In this document: piece by piece, positions 13,765-27,565 of the stretch
Numbering within the stretch: position 1 is the first letter of the stretch
Layout of the letters: each line of letters starts with the position of its first letter
Source: Phoronis australis
Taxonomy: Eukaryota > Animalia > Phoronida
Reading direction: 5' to 3'
Length of the DNA stretch: 64,000 nucleotides
NCBI GenBank assembly: GCA_002633005.1
Contig: NMRA01000140.1
Span: 645,917-709,916 of the forward strand
Made by a program: the position numbers and the translations under genes
The notes under the pieces: generated by a model
Databases searched by the model: none
Seen by the model: the letters and a program-made list of their open reading frames with translations, nothing else
What the model was told of the DNA's origin: nothing

Positions 13765-16177
13765 CCAAACTACAGCTCCTAAGAAATGTTTGCTTTTCGT
13801 TTATGTAAAGAGGAGGTACAAGGAGGACTGTGAAGTATTACGATTGGCATCCCTAACTTTGCCCGGAATGTGATTCTTAGTTGAGATATGATGTCTAAAT
13901 ACACAATATTCTGGTAATAGTTGACATCCAGGAAACTGCATGTTAGCATATATCATTGTCAGGATACTCAGTTTTCAAAACGGATATGGTTATTACGAGG
14001 AACGTTTTTTGTGTAATAATCCATGGAAATTTTTAGAGACTCATCGAGGGTTTCAATTGTTAAGGCTTTCGAAAACAATCTCATGTTCAATGACATCGGT
14101 TATTGGCCACATTAATGTAAAAGAAATCATAAAAACGCGAAGTTTCGCTTTATTAGCTGAAAGCATCATCAGGTGAGTTCAGGTAAAAGTTAAGTGTGGT
14201 TAACGTAGGTGCAGATTGAAAGAGACTTGGGCTGAGTTCCGGAAACAAAAGTATTTCGCGAAGCAAGCTAGTGCGATCACGTGGTCTATTTGTAATACTT
14301 GGGGATATCTCGTGAAGTCTTGGGCGATTTTTCGTTTTCGAGAGGATATCGCCTCTAAGGAACACACGTCTGGTTAGCATTCACCGGCAGCACCACATAC
14401 AGCACGCTGAGTAGATCGCCGCCTCAAACTCAGTTATCTTCGTCTAGAAGCTTTTGTTAGGAAACAAAAACAAGAAAAGACAACCGATTTTGCTCTTTTA
14501 TAACTTTGGTCAAAGCTAATGACTTCACTCTTACCCAAAATAACCCCCAAATGGGTTTTTGGCCGGAAAATCGATTAACTGTATCATTTCAACTTAAATA
14601 TTGGAAACGTGCGTTTCGCAACTGATGCAACAAATAACGTATTGAGTGCTTGACTTCTTGCAAGTTCAATGTGAGCAGCAAAATTAAATTCTTGTATTCA
14701 AGAAGAAGGCATTGAGAAAATGTTCATCTGCAGTACAAACCTGAAAGGGGACTTGTTATTTGGTTGCCGTAAGTGTTTTTGACGCAACTTCACGCAAGTC
14801 ACAGTTTGTGCTACCAAACTACTTTTGCTGTAGTAACAGAACAATTGTCGCTATACCACCAGCACGGAAACGTTCTCATCGATTTTTAAACCACGTATTG
14901 CGAATGTATAAATGAAGTAAGACATTGGCTCTACATAATACACTGCACTGACTGGTAAACGGGCAAGGAGCGTAAATATCGCCAATGTCTTCGTAAACCA
15001 CCTGCGTACCCGGACATCGGAAAGGTACTCATATATAAATTGTAGCAAAATATCTTTACCACGAAAGCCAAGGACAGAAGGCGAAATCGTGCGATCATAC
15101 GAAGCTGTCCGAGGGCTTCTCCCTCCTCTATTCTACTCTCTCTCTCTTACCACGAAAGGGTTTGAATTTCTACCAACAGAAATTCTTGAAAACGGAGTTG
15201 TTGGTAACTATGAAGGACGGGGCTTAAGTTGATGAGGACAAGGAATGATACCCGAGAATTGATGAACAGCCGGAAGCGGAGAGCGACACACTGGCGCCGA
15301 CTTCCAAAACTATTCACCTTTCGACGGTTGCACTTAGGTATTATATGTTGTTGATGTCTTGTTTTTGGTTCTTTATCCACGGGATCAATGTATTAAACAT
15401 TTAAAGATTCATGTAGCCGCTGGTTAGCTAACTAAAAACAATAATTGAATTTAAAAAAATCGGTTTTGTAATATTCCTTATAGGATTCCATTTCCGTCAC
15501 AGGAAATACCCAAATGCTTTATTTGCGAACTCGCAATCTTAAGATGACGGCAACCTCAATAAGTCTTAAGTATTTTGTTGAGTCTCTGATGGTTTCCATG
15601 TTCGTTTGGTAACGGAAATACAATATGTGGCCGATTTTATGAGAAAAAAGATTATTTTCGTTTTAGCCAGCTAACAATTCTAAGTAAGCCCTTCTTCGAG
15701 AAATCTTACATTTTACTGCGTTGATGGTATAAACATTTTATTTTATGAATTCAAATGCGTGACTGAAAATTGACAAAAGGCGATTATAGACGGTACGGGT
15801 ATGCCATAGACTATAGACAACAGATTCGCAACTCCGACATTTTTTGTGTACTATCCTAGAGGAGGCGCCACTCTCCTAAATTGTCTGGTGCAGTTTCCGA
15901 TTAGTGTATTTTGACGGGAAATACTCGCGTCTACTTTACTATCCATTATATCGACATTGAGACGCTGTTCAAAGTTTTCCAATAGTAGAATTGTTGGTAT
16001 CGTGATTACTTTTAGCAATGCTACTACCACCCGACCACACAACAGCCGACCATGATTAACAGACGACGTACTTGCCGGAAATAACACCAGTAATTTGGCC
16101 ATGTGTCGCTGGTGAATAATGACGTAAATGCACAGCTTTCGCCCTGGGCTTGCCGAGGGATTTTGTTTTCTCACATG

Positions 16178-17245
16178 AACCGTAAAAACGATGTTTTGCC
16201 AAAAAACTCGACGTGTCTAAAACTTTCAACCACATGACGCAACTTTTGTAAAAACACGCTTGCGCTATGCAAAGTAAACCCAGTTACTTTTTGTTAATAT
16301 TTTTTAAACTTAACAATTGTAAATTGCATTTAGCTGGTAACAAACGATCAAGTTAGAACCTAATAAATTCTCTTTGAAGTTGTAACATTAAAACTTAACA
16401 AATGTTTATAAATAACAGTCAGCAGGGCTTTCCCGCGCGTGAGCATTGAATTGACCTGAAGACAGCACAGCTAGTCTCACCGCGTGGTTCCTAGGCATTG
16501 AGGTTTGTCTCCATTTGAATGAACGTGGATATGGAATTTGCGACTCCAAGATGTGTCCGTTTAGGAAGTTGTTTGCATGTCCTTACGACTGACAGTACGT
16601 ACGGGCAGTTGCGACACCCGATTTGTCAATCATAACCTTATCACTTTCACGGAATTCCGGCATTGTTTGGTTGTTGGTATTAGTGTTTTGCAGACGATAA
16701 AATGTAAGGCGTATGGATTTCTACTTTGCTCTGCTTTGTGATTCGCTCATGTAATATATGGAGAACCCTACACTCCTCTCAGGTTTATGACATGGGCAAA
16801 ACCTCTTGGAAATTTCTTCAAAACCCCAAGACTTAACCGTAAAAACAATCTTTTTGCCGAAAAACTCGACGTGTCTAAAACTTTCCACTGCATGACGCAA
16901 CTTTTCTGAAAACATGCTTGCGCAATGTAAATAACCTTAGTTACATTTTGTTAATAGTTTAATTTGAAACGTAACAATTTTAAATTGCATTTAGCTTTTG
17001 TAACAAATCTAACAAATACTCTTTTAAGATATAACTTTAAAACTTAACAAATGTTTATAAATAACAGTTAGCAGGGCTTCCCCGCTTGTGAGCACTGAAC
17101 TAACCTTGAAACAGCACAGCTTGACGGTCTCACCTCGTAGTTTCTTGAGTTGAGTTGGTTGTGATTCGTCTCTGTTTGAATGAACGTGTCTACGGAATTC
17201 GCCGCCGAAGATGGGTCCGTGCAGTTGTTTGCATGCCCTTCCGTT
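16178..17245. repeat. Diverged direct duplication of about 410 bp (about 16178-16585 and 16835-17245)
   Basis: Shared blocks aaaaactcgacgtgtctaaaactttc, taaattgcatttagct, aacttaacaaatgtttataaataacagt and ttgtttgcatg occur in both copies in the same order. Confidence 0.85.
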
Positions 17246-18804
17246 TTCACATTTACAAGTTATCAATGAATACAACTGCATTTTGTTTAGTGAAGACTTT
17301 GTTAAAATACCATCACCGTTTAATTCCAGCTATACGTTAGCTTATTTAGGAACATTCGAATACAACAAAGACATTAAGATCGTGATATGGTAAATCAAAG
17401 TTATGGCCAAATGCAACTGTAAGTATTGTAAGTTCAATAGTTGTCTGTGATAGTCATGTACGGTGCGTATTGCATTTTCAGCAGTTACTGCATCCGATCA
17501 TCAATGCCCCTGTATTACGCATCAGCTTTTGCTCCACCAGGGGTCTCTCATGGAGAGTTTCGTAAGACGGAAATTTGATCTTGCGCGCCTACTTCACAAT
17601 TGCTGCAAGAGATTTAGTCAAGTAATTACGAGCTCATCATTGTCTAGAAATAATCTAAAAATTATCTCACTCAGCAACTAGCAGTTAATGTCAAATACTT
17701 TGCTCTGTTTGCTCAAGTGGGGTTTAATTACTTTTAACTAGGATTCAAAATATATTGGATCTTAGTTTTTGAGAAATAACTGCTCCTAGGATTCAACAGG
17801 AATCCTAGGTTGTGTGGAACGTGAGGTGAACTGAAAAAGATAATGGCTAGAACGAAATCCGTTCACGCGAACTTGAATCCCAGCACGCAATGACAGCAGG
17901 TTCATTTCACAACGTTTAATAAACCTCGAGGTTACAAGTACATGCGTTTCGTGTATGCAGGTAGCAGTCATTCTCGACTACAGTTTTCATTTAACACTTG
18001 GTTACACACTCGCTTGAGTGAATTTCTTTCAAAATTTCTGTAGAATAGACAATGTTCAGCTGGGGACACAGTATACTGCAGCTCACCAATCTTCGCTTTC
18101 GACGCCAATGAAACAACACCTAATTCTGAACTAGGCATTCAATCTAGGATTTTAGAATATCACTGTTCATTGTCAAGGTTGAGAGTGAAATGCTAAAAGT
18201 GTAACCAATGGAACAATTGCTCAATGTGAGTGGTTGAAATGAGTCCTCATCTAAAACTCACGAAACTGTAAAAAAACGACACAACACGAGTTATCAGGGG
18301 ACATGCGTCACTTTGAGTGAAATCTTCGCGAGTGATGTTTGGCATACTTCTAGGCGGTTGTTTCAGTAAGACAAAGCAAAACGAGCATTTCGGTGTAACT
18401 TCCTTTTGTTGTATTGCCCATTTTATTTTCGAAAACAATTAGGACTATTTCCCAATTATTGCTATTTTCACAAGTGCACAAACATCCGCTGCAGGGAGTA
18501 TAGGGTTGAGGCTTGCTCTGGCGTAAGCTTTTGACTTCATAATTATGGGAATGCAAAAACGAAACTACTGATGTTTTTGTTTATGCCTGTTTTATATGTC
18601 TAAAATTTGACAAAACAATCAAAAATTCGATTTCACATGAATATTGAGGAACTTTGTAAAAACTGGAGTTTGAAGCAAACGTATAATCTACAGAAATAAA
18701 CACGGGCCTGCCAAAAGAGTGATTTGGCCCTTCTGAAAATTGCACCTTTTTGGAAACCATCTATTTTACCGAAAGAGCGTCCATGAAGTGGCCTGTTGGA
18801 AAAA

Positions 18805-18900
18805 TGAAAAGGTACTTGGCCCTATTCTTTTCAATGTTTTTATGAATGGCCTGCTCATACAACTTGATCCCATTTCCTGCAATATGATCTGCGATGCTAT
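18805..18900 (+). pseudogene. Short LINE reverse transcriptase relic
   Basis: Translates to VLGPILFNVFMNGL, close to the RT motif VLGPxLFNIFINDL. Confidence 0.5.
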
Positions 18901-20479
18901 GTATGTTTTAATCTTGGGGAAATTTTCATCGACTGAATTCCATTTTTGATATAGCAGCACTAATCTTTGTGTGATACAACATGATGGCGTTGCATCAGAA
19001 AGTTTCACCATTAGCTTCGGGAGCGGTATACTGGTGCATTTCAACGAATTGAAACATTGGAATTTAATTTCCAGCAGACGGAATAACCGAATGTTCTTGG
19101 TTCTGATAATCAAAGAGAAGCCATGTTATAAAATCAACCCCCAGTGCTCCCCGTCGTCGCATTGGGGAAGAGTAGAATTCCTTACCGTGGTAGGATTAGA
19201 TTTCTGTTACGCACAAGAACGTCGAAACGATCAGCGAACCAAGAAATGATTCAGAGCTTATTGGGGTTGACCAACCTTAAACTTGCAAAAATTCGGAAGT
19301 GCACAAGTAGTACTTGCCTGCAATTTGAGTAGCCAACTCATTCGGCACCAATTCAGGGCCAGGGAAGCATGGTAATGTTTTAGCCCTAAACCAGCACGTG
19401 ACATGTGTAGCGTACAGTCGCACGCACGTTAGATGTCTCTCTTGTTGTTGTTGTTGACCCAGCAGTTTACACACGTATAATAATAATACCGTAACATTGG
19501 CTCATAAAACTTTATTTATGATATGATACGATAAGATACGGCAAGATACGATTTTCAATACGGTGAACGATTTACGATTCACGATACGATCTACTGTCTT
19601 ACGATACGGTTAAACCTGAAACAATTAATAAAGATAATGCAATATCTAATACAAATTGAAGTACCAAATACATCATACTAAAATACAGAAAATTGTATAT
19701 CTAGTAATATTATGTCAACTCACAATTTGACAAACAATAGTTAGCAGAAACTTGTAGTTACAACAATTTCTATTACAACACTTTCTATGAGTTAATCAAA
19801 TAATCAAAGAACTGAGAATAGTTGTTTCTAAAGTCAAAGTTTATAGTAAAACATCAAGAAACAAAGTTGTCTCTTACCAACGCTGGGTATCTGTGATATT
19901 TTTGAAGCAAGCAGCAGCCTCTCTCCAAGCAATATGAATTCTAGAGTAGCTAACAGAATATTTATACTGAACACAAGAAAGGTGGGCGAGATAATTCAAA
20001 ACATGAAAACCCACAAACTTCCTCCAAAATGCTACATCTAGTTCCAAAACAATTCTCTGAACAAGGTCGCTGGTTCCAAAACAATTCTGTGAATCAATCT
20101 GCTGGACTCCAGCAATGAACCCAAGTCATTACCAATTATGGTGCAGGACAATCAAGAGTTGAGTAATTCCGATGGACAAATAACAGATTATTGTTGTTGT
20201 CGGAAATGCCTCATCCCAAAGCTGACAGGTTTTCAAAGACTTTAAGTTACACAACTTGCAAAACAAGGCACAATTGTTATTATAAACATCCCACAACTGG
20301 TAACAGACATGTGGTGAATCACTTCCCATGAACTCCTAGGAGGTTACAAATTTTGGTAAACAACCAATATGTTTAATTAATTATACCTTAGTCACTAAAA
20401 TTGCATAACATTGCTTTTAATTAGACTAATTATCTACAGCATCAGAAAATGTCACCAACAACATGTTTTCTTATTTTTT

Positions 20480-20830
20480 AAGATTGCGTAGGACACTTGA
20501 AAAATGGTCAAATTGACAAATTTTGGAATTTATCATATCTCGTAAATGGCTGATCGGATTCATATGAAACTTTCAGATACCATGCCTTATGCGCTGTCCC
20601 CAAAACGGTAGATATTTCACTTTTGCACGAGAGGCTATGATTTTTATGAAAAATACTCAAAAAATGCATAAAAAAGGAATTGACAATTTGGAAAAACATT
20701 TTTTGAGATTTCATCTTGAGTATTTATATCGAACGAAATTTGGTCATGTTATAATATTGTTACTCTGCAATGGATGTGTCTTCGTTTTTTGCTAAATTTT
20801 ACTAAAAAGACATGGACATGTGGCCCAATT
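20480..20830. repeat. Dispersed repeat, inverted copy of about 11430-11830
   Basis: See 11430-11830; reverse-complement similarity seen by eye. Confidence 0.75.
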
Positions 20831-23800
20831 AATAACAGATTGGTATAAAATCAAAAATGACATTCTACAGGCTTTCGTCTTTCAGAAAATATAAGTTTAA
20901 TGAACTAGAATCTATACCTTTGTACATATTGGGCTAAATATACCAACAAGTCGATAAGGTAATGTATAACTTTAGAAAGACATCGGGAGGCATACGTACA
21001 TTTTGATATGCTTTTTATCTCGGAACCCCGTAAGAAAGATTTCTTGTCACCACGGAACAAAATAAAAATAAAACGATTAAACAACGCGTTCTACTGTAGA
21101 TTTAATGGAACCACCGCAAGGCAACACACGTGACTCCTTTGGGAATAGCACGGAAACGATACGACGTATGTTCTGGGAGTTGCGATCACGGTCTTTATTG
21201 TTGAGATCTAACGTAGTGATCATATTTTTGTACAGTTGATGACACAGTAGATGAAGGGTTTAATTCGTCTTTCGAAGCAAGTCAGGCTTGTTATTTTTAT
21301 GGTGGTATCAACACGCAGCGTATCAACGCGCAGCATTGTAAAGGGCCAAGTGATCGAACCCCGTGCACGTGAAAACGTAATCGCATTCGCCACCCGTCTC
21401 TCCCTGCATAAAATGGATTCTTCCTACAAGCGCACTTTTCATTGAATCTGTTTATATTGTTTCAACGGGCTGATTGCAATAAAAAAACGTTCGCATTGTT
21501 CTGGCACCTGGCAAAGTAATCACCCACCTAGTTGGTGGAGCAAAGATTTACAAACTCAACAAAGTGTTCAAAATCCTTTTTGAATTCTTGTCGAGGAGAG
21601 TGTTTGCTGAAAAATCAGAAGTATAACAAGCAAGCAACAGGCTTCGATATTCGTTACAGTCGTTGACACGAGCTTTCTAGCGCTTTCCGGGCTTAAAACT
21701 TATTAGTGTACGTTGTATTTTCTGAAGAAAACATTAAAAATACATTTTGAACCTCATTTATTGTTAAAAATACAACATCCAACTCAAACACACCGACGCA
21801 TTGAATATTTTCAGATGATGTTTTGGCACGAAACGTAAGTATACTCTTTCTGTGTCACCCATTACCACTTGATAATTCTGTTGTTTCTTAGAATAATCAG
21901 CAACGCAACGAGTGCCCCTGAACAAAAGTCATATTTCAAACATTTTATTTTGAGTAAAACACATGCGCTAAGCTACATCATATCCTGGATGTTTAAGGTT
22001 ATATCAAAAACTAGGCTTTGTCAACTAGTAATAGTATACGTTTTATATTCATGTATCATTATTATTACGTTAACACCTTTTTAAAGTTCAAATTTCATTT
22101 TAAGAAAGGTACATTCATATCAAAATAACCCCTCTGTCAATTTTTATGAAAATTTTACCACGTCTCAAAAACGCTGTTAGGAATTTTCGGTTAGTCTTTT
22201 CGTTTGGTTTCTGTGACAAATCAGCTCCCAAAGAGTAAGGTCGGTATTTTTGTAAAACATAGCAATTGTATTCGTCTTCGTTACATTACACAAAAACTAG
22301 GCCTTTATATCGAAAACCCTAACTGCGTTTCTGATGAATAAATGTTAAGTCTGGAAACTTTAAGCCGTTTTTGAGAACCCGTGTTCCTAAGTTAAAATTA
22401 AGCCGATTTGCCGAAGCCGAGAAAAAGCCGATTAATTCATGAGAGGTGAATATCTCAAGGTCTTGGGTTCATTATTCGGTGAAAACTTGTTTTCGGTCAA
22501 TACAGCCTATATACCTCTTAACGCGTTCATTATTTCAACATTCACGCGCAATATCATCTGAATTTGCTGTTCATAATTAATTTAATGATCACAAAAACGT
22601 CTCAATCAGCCAAATCGATTCCAACTAGGTTACGGGCGGACTAGGTCACGGGCGGAGCCAACCTATTAAGTGGGTTAAACTGGTGCATTGTGGTCCACTT
22701 TGAAGTAGGTCAACAGTTCATTGTTAGACACACCACACCCTGGAAGGCTGAAACCCAAGTACGAAATGGATGCAAAATACGAGTCGGTGGTTGAAGCACG
22801 TCGTGAGATCGAAACAGCAAAATGTCAAATTACCAGAATTAAGGAATTTAGGTCAGAATTTATCTCTTTCCACAACTTGCTGTGTTGGTGAACACAAAGT
22901 CACAGTGGCGTGAGATAACTCGTAGCATTCGTTCTCAACGATCGTCTACATGCAGAGACACAGCCCCCTCATTATCAAAACTACGTTGTTTGCATCTTTC
23001 TATTATATGTACACCTCACTGACGTAATATTATGGCGAATCGGTGAATGAAAGGACTGAGGGAGATTCGATTTGAGTGACAGCCCCGTAACCTTTGACCT
23101 CGGATAAATAGAAAATTAATTTCCACGCGGTTGTGTGGTCCCAAGGTGGTTCTGCTGTTTTTTTCGTATTTGAAGTTTCCCGAGAATGAAGATAAGGTAT
23201 TTTGCTTGACATATGTGAAGTATTGTAAAAATGGCCAATTTTTGTGAATAAGGTTTGAGATATCCTTAAACGTTCCAGAAAAATGAAAAAGCTGAATAAA
23301 TCTAACGTTCGTTTACGATAAAGGAGCAATAGGTTGACAGATACTGACGTCGCACAATTTCCCACTATTTCCGCGAGGTGAAACAAAACCTAACTTCAAC
23401 GTGAAAATAGCGCTTGCCTGGCTGTAATTTAGCACGTTCTATGGCTTTAGCGCTCGTTTTCCAGCTACATAGCATATGCTTTAATGAAATATGGTCTTTT
23501 TCACGTGTAATCGTGTCCCCTATTCGTGAAGCTGCGGAAAATCGAAAAGCGACTAAGTTCTATTCCCAAGGCTAGTTCTAAATTTTTATTAATATTTGAG
23601 ACTAGTAAATCATATCTGGCATTTGTAGAAAATTGTTTTGTGTTTCAGTAAATCGATTTTCAAACAAAAATAAAAGTTGGTAGCGTTAAGATAAGAGTTT
23701 CTAATGAAACAATACATCCGGTTTCATCACCAGGACAATACCAGGAAGACATTACATTATTCATGTGGTCACGATTAGAACACATCATCACGAAACAAAA

Positions 23801-26686
23801 TTTTGACAGTTAAAAAGAAAAATTCCATGTGTGAAGTATCATAATCTGCAATTAAAACCAACCAGAGCACTCGCCGACCTCGCCAGTTCGCCATTGTTCT
23901 ATGGCTTTGTTTTCACCTGATTTCCATTATTAAGCGAAAGCGCCCTGATGTACCCGTTCAACCTATTAAAACTCAATGTTGTGCTCTTTCATGACATCAG
24001 CTGTCTCCACGTTGTTACCGTACGTGTGTGAATGCGAAAATTTAGGTCAACATTGTAGGTAAACACGTTCACGTTCGCGTTGAACGCGTATACAAAGCTC
24101 ATTGAGGTTGAGCTACCTTCTCCTGCTCAAAACCAGAAAAATGAATATTACCTACTAATGTTAGTCCTCATTTGAGCACAAATCACATAGACTACGATGC
24201 CAGAAAGCTTGACCCAATATTAAGTCCTAAATATCACAAGAGCAAGTAACACATTTAAAAAAGTTTAACTTTTGAAATTGTTAACGACGTTTCAGTGTTT
24301 GTTATGGGTGTCAACAGAACAGGAATGTTGAGCACAAGTTTAATTTCTGAGTTTGTGATTTGCTAAAGAGGCAGCATACAGCACTACCTATTGCTAAGCA
24401 ACATAATAGAAAAACATAAAATGCTTTTTACACATTTTTGTGCATCTGGGCATGCGCATAATGAGTGTGAAAGACTTGATTGCTTTCCTCAGATCACACA
24501 CCATTGCAGTGCAGATTTGAAGTGTTAAGCATTCATGAATATTCAAAGGTACTGCACTGTGTTTGTGGAATGCCGCCACAAAAACACAGAAAGAGGGAAC
24601 CATATAATTAAAGCTGCAGTTTTAGCGCTGTTTATCTGGCATACAAAAGAATCCGAGATGACAATGGTTTCATTAAACTTGTCTCATAATATTCCTTACC
24701 ATGCTGGAGTATTATTTCCGTTACCATCGAAACCATCAGTGAGACTGATTTGATGAGAATGAAAACCCCAATCCGATTACTTTGCTGTTTCTAAAGCTTT
24801 ACTTGTATCCAGTTTGCGTCAACCGGTTGTACTTTACAATCAATTTGTTTTCTTTATTTCTGACTTAAGTGAGTTGCTGACCACTATTTGCTTTTTTGTT
24901 TTCAGGACTGATGGGACAATGGTATCAATTACTTTGTATTGTGTCTGTGTTCATGTCAAGAGTGTTTCATTTGTATCGATCTTATTTAGTGTTTCATTCA
25001 GTCAGACAGATGTGGCTATGTTGCTGCACAATTTCTAAGTGTTAACAAAGCTATATCTTTTATGTCAGGTTCGTTTGGTGGGCCATGGAGTGTGAGTCTA
25101 GTTTTTATAAGGTTTTAATCTCAGTTTCCTATCGGTGTCTTGACGGTAAGTGCTCTAAATCAAAAGTTGTTGTCTGAAAAATGGCGGCGGTTTATTATTT
25201 CTTTACTAAGCGCCAGCGGAACTGTAACTAACACTTAAATGCTTGAAAGATAATCGGGCATTGTGTTTTAAATGAAGGCTACACGACATACGTTCAATTT
25301 ACCCTTTAAAAAGGGACAAGTGTAATATTTACACTCCTACTTTTTGTCAGAAACCTAGAGTAAACTTTAACGTGGAATCAATACGCACAGAAGTTGCAAG
25401 CGAAATTTAAAAAAAAAAATTAAAACAGTGGTGGTGATTATGCAGATATTAAGATTTATTCTCCCACAAAACAACTTTCGATGTAGGTCTAAGGCCTTGC
25501 TTCAGGCCGTTGAAGCTCCCCGAAAAAATGAAGAAAAATGGAGTGGGTCAGGCGAGAAGTGACTGCCATGAACAGCATTCTACACTTCACTGAAGTTTTT
25601 GGAATAGACGAGGTCCAGAAATTTGGCATCTGCTCTTAACTACCCCAATAAGGAAGTTCTGGCAATTTCAGAGCACATCCTTGTTCAGTGGATTTTTTGG
25701 GGACGAATACATTTACCCTTCATACATGTAGAAATTGCTGTAAATCTAGTCGATAATAACATGTTGACCTCTTGCACCGGGGCAGTCGACGGTGTATTTG
25801 TGATTTTTAGGTACAAAAAGATCAAAAACCGCGTGTCCTTTTGGTCATTTTTTTCAATTTTGTTGGTGGACTTACCAAGGCAAAAACACATGTCTTTGAT
25901 GAATTTCTTCGCCTTTGAAAAACCCATGAAGTGTGCTTTATGTAAGGTATGCCTTTTCAGGTGTCTTGAGACAATGTGTAAACAGAGACTTTTATTGACC
26001 CAGATCAACGATAACTTTAAAATCATCCACTCGAACTGTGGTTCTTGTCCCTACGTCTACGAAATTCAGGGTTTATTTTCACCGCAACGTCTTAAATTAT
26101 GTTTCAAGCGTCTGAAGCAACAAGGAAGACTTCTTTATCAAAAAAGGATTTAAAAGTCACAAGGGTTATTTTGTCACGGTAACTTTCCGCTAGTCTGACA
26201 CTCACTCAGCTTGAGGAAAGACAACGCATTGTCATATTTCTTTCCATGTTTCAGTTTACTGGTCTTCGTTCAACTACATGAGATCGAATAGTTGGCAAAT
26301 GCACACGACACGTTGAACAGTGGAACTAAAGGCAAGGAATTGAAGGCGAAGAATATTGTGCTCTGCTAAATGTTAAAGGAGAAATACACGTTATAAAATC
26401 TTGCGATTATTACATCGAAAACTGTCAAAGTTAATAATAGCGGTTGCAGCTTTTTTAGAACTTCGGTTCATCGCTGTTCGATTAAAAGTACTAGGTCTCA
26501 ACGTAACGGGCTCGTATAAGAACGGTGTTTAGAAAGATTTGTCGATTAATTGCATACGGGAAGGTGATGAACGGCTATGCAGCCATAATCAGACAACTGT
26601 ATTTCAATAGCCCCTGAAAAACCAACAATGGCTCAATTGGTGATTTACAATACAAAACCCAGCTGAAAATCAAAGGTTTTACTGCC

Positions 26687-27158
26687 ATGGAGCTCATGAA
26701 CATCAGTAGTTCTGTAAATGTATCTGGCGTTGACAACTGCAGTGTGCTAAGTGTTTGCAAGGACTCCAACTACCGCCACCTCGTGTTGGAAATGTTAGAA
26801 GGTGCTTATTTATCCATTGTGGCGATAATTGCGTTCTCGGGTAACCTCTGTCTTTGGATTGTCATCTTTCGACACAAAAAACTGAATAACAATTCGAACA
26901 AGCATATTTTATGTTTGAGTCTGGCCGACATGATGGTTTCGGTCGTGAACGTCCCATTCACCGTAGTGTCGATTATAGCTGAGGAATGGATATTTCCCGA
27001 CCAACTGTGCATCGTCGTGGGGTTCATTAACATGCTAACATTTGTTGGAAGTGTCATGTCGCTAGCAGCCATAAGTATTAATCGCTTTGTGCTTATTTGC
27101 CATGGAAACAAGTACAAGAAAATCTACACAAAAGGAAAAACCTATGTTATTTTTGCGG
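26687..27158 (+). CDS. Rhodopsin-class GPCR (melatonin-receptor-like), coding exon 1 (N-terminus to start of TM4)
   Basis: ATG in a good context (gccATGg). N-glycosylation sequons NIS/NVS/NCS, TM1 GN, TM2 LSLADM, ECL1 WIF..LC and TM3 ISINRFVLICH (NRY-type variant of DRY, as in melatonin receptors). Phase-1 donor G|gtaagt at 27158/27159. Confidence 0.92.
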
Positions 27159-27496
27159 GTAAGTGCGCGTTTTGTTTGATGGAATTACGTTGCACGTACT
27201 TGTCACGTGTGTTGCAAAACAGAGATACAGATCGTATTAAAAACCGCACCCAATACTGAGGCTATCAAAACAATACCTGATTTCACGGTTTGTCCACCAT
27301 CTTGAGTGTCTTTAAAACTCGGTAAAGTAAGCAACCAATTCGCCTCCGTTTTCCATTAAGTGGACGGGACAGCAAGGTGTTTTGAAACCAATATTTTTTA
27401 GAAATATCTACTAATTTGTCAAAAAGTTTTAATTATGCCACTTCCCATATATCCATGAATGTCACAAACTAATTTTTCTTCCTGATAACCCGATGT

Positions 27497-27565
27497 CATC
27501 GGCGTCGCAGCACTGAAAAAAATTGGGGCTATAGCCCCCCAGCCCCCTATGGTGCGCCGCCCATG
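27497..27565. mobile_element. Miniature GC-rich element (gcagcactgaaaaa..ggggctatagcccc family); further copies at about 31343-31472 (two in tandem) and 45205-45320
   Basis: catcggcgtcgca ... tgcgccgcccatg termini. Flanks gatgt / gatat match at 4 of 5 positions. The same core recurs next to both GPCR 3' exons. Confidence 0.6.

Noticed and set aside
25623-26153. 176-aa ORF upstream of the GPCR
   Set aside because: TTG start and no recognisable domain. The opposite strand has broken motifs (ARGQHVIID*IYSN) resembling a decayed LINE endonuclease.
1-26600. Numerous 60-135 aa ORFs in the first 26 kb
   Set aside because: Many have non-ATG starts, none shows a host-protein motif or consistent splice structure, and many overlap repeats.
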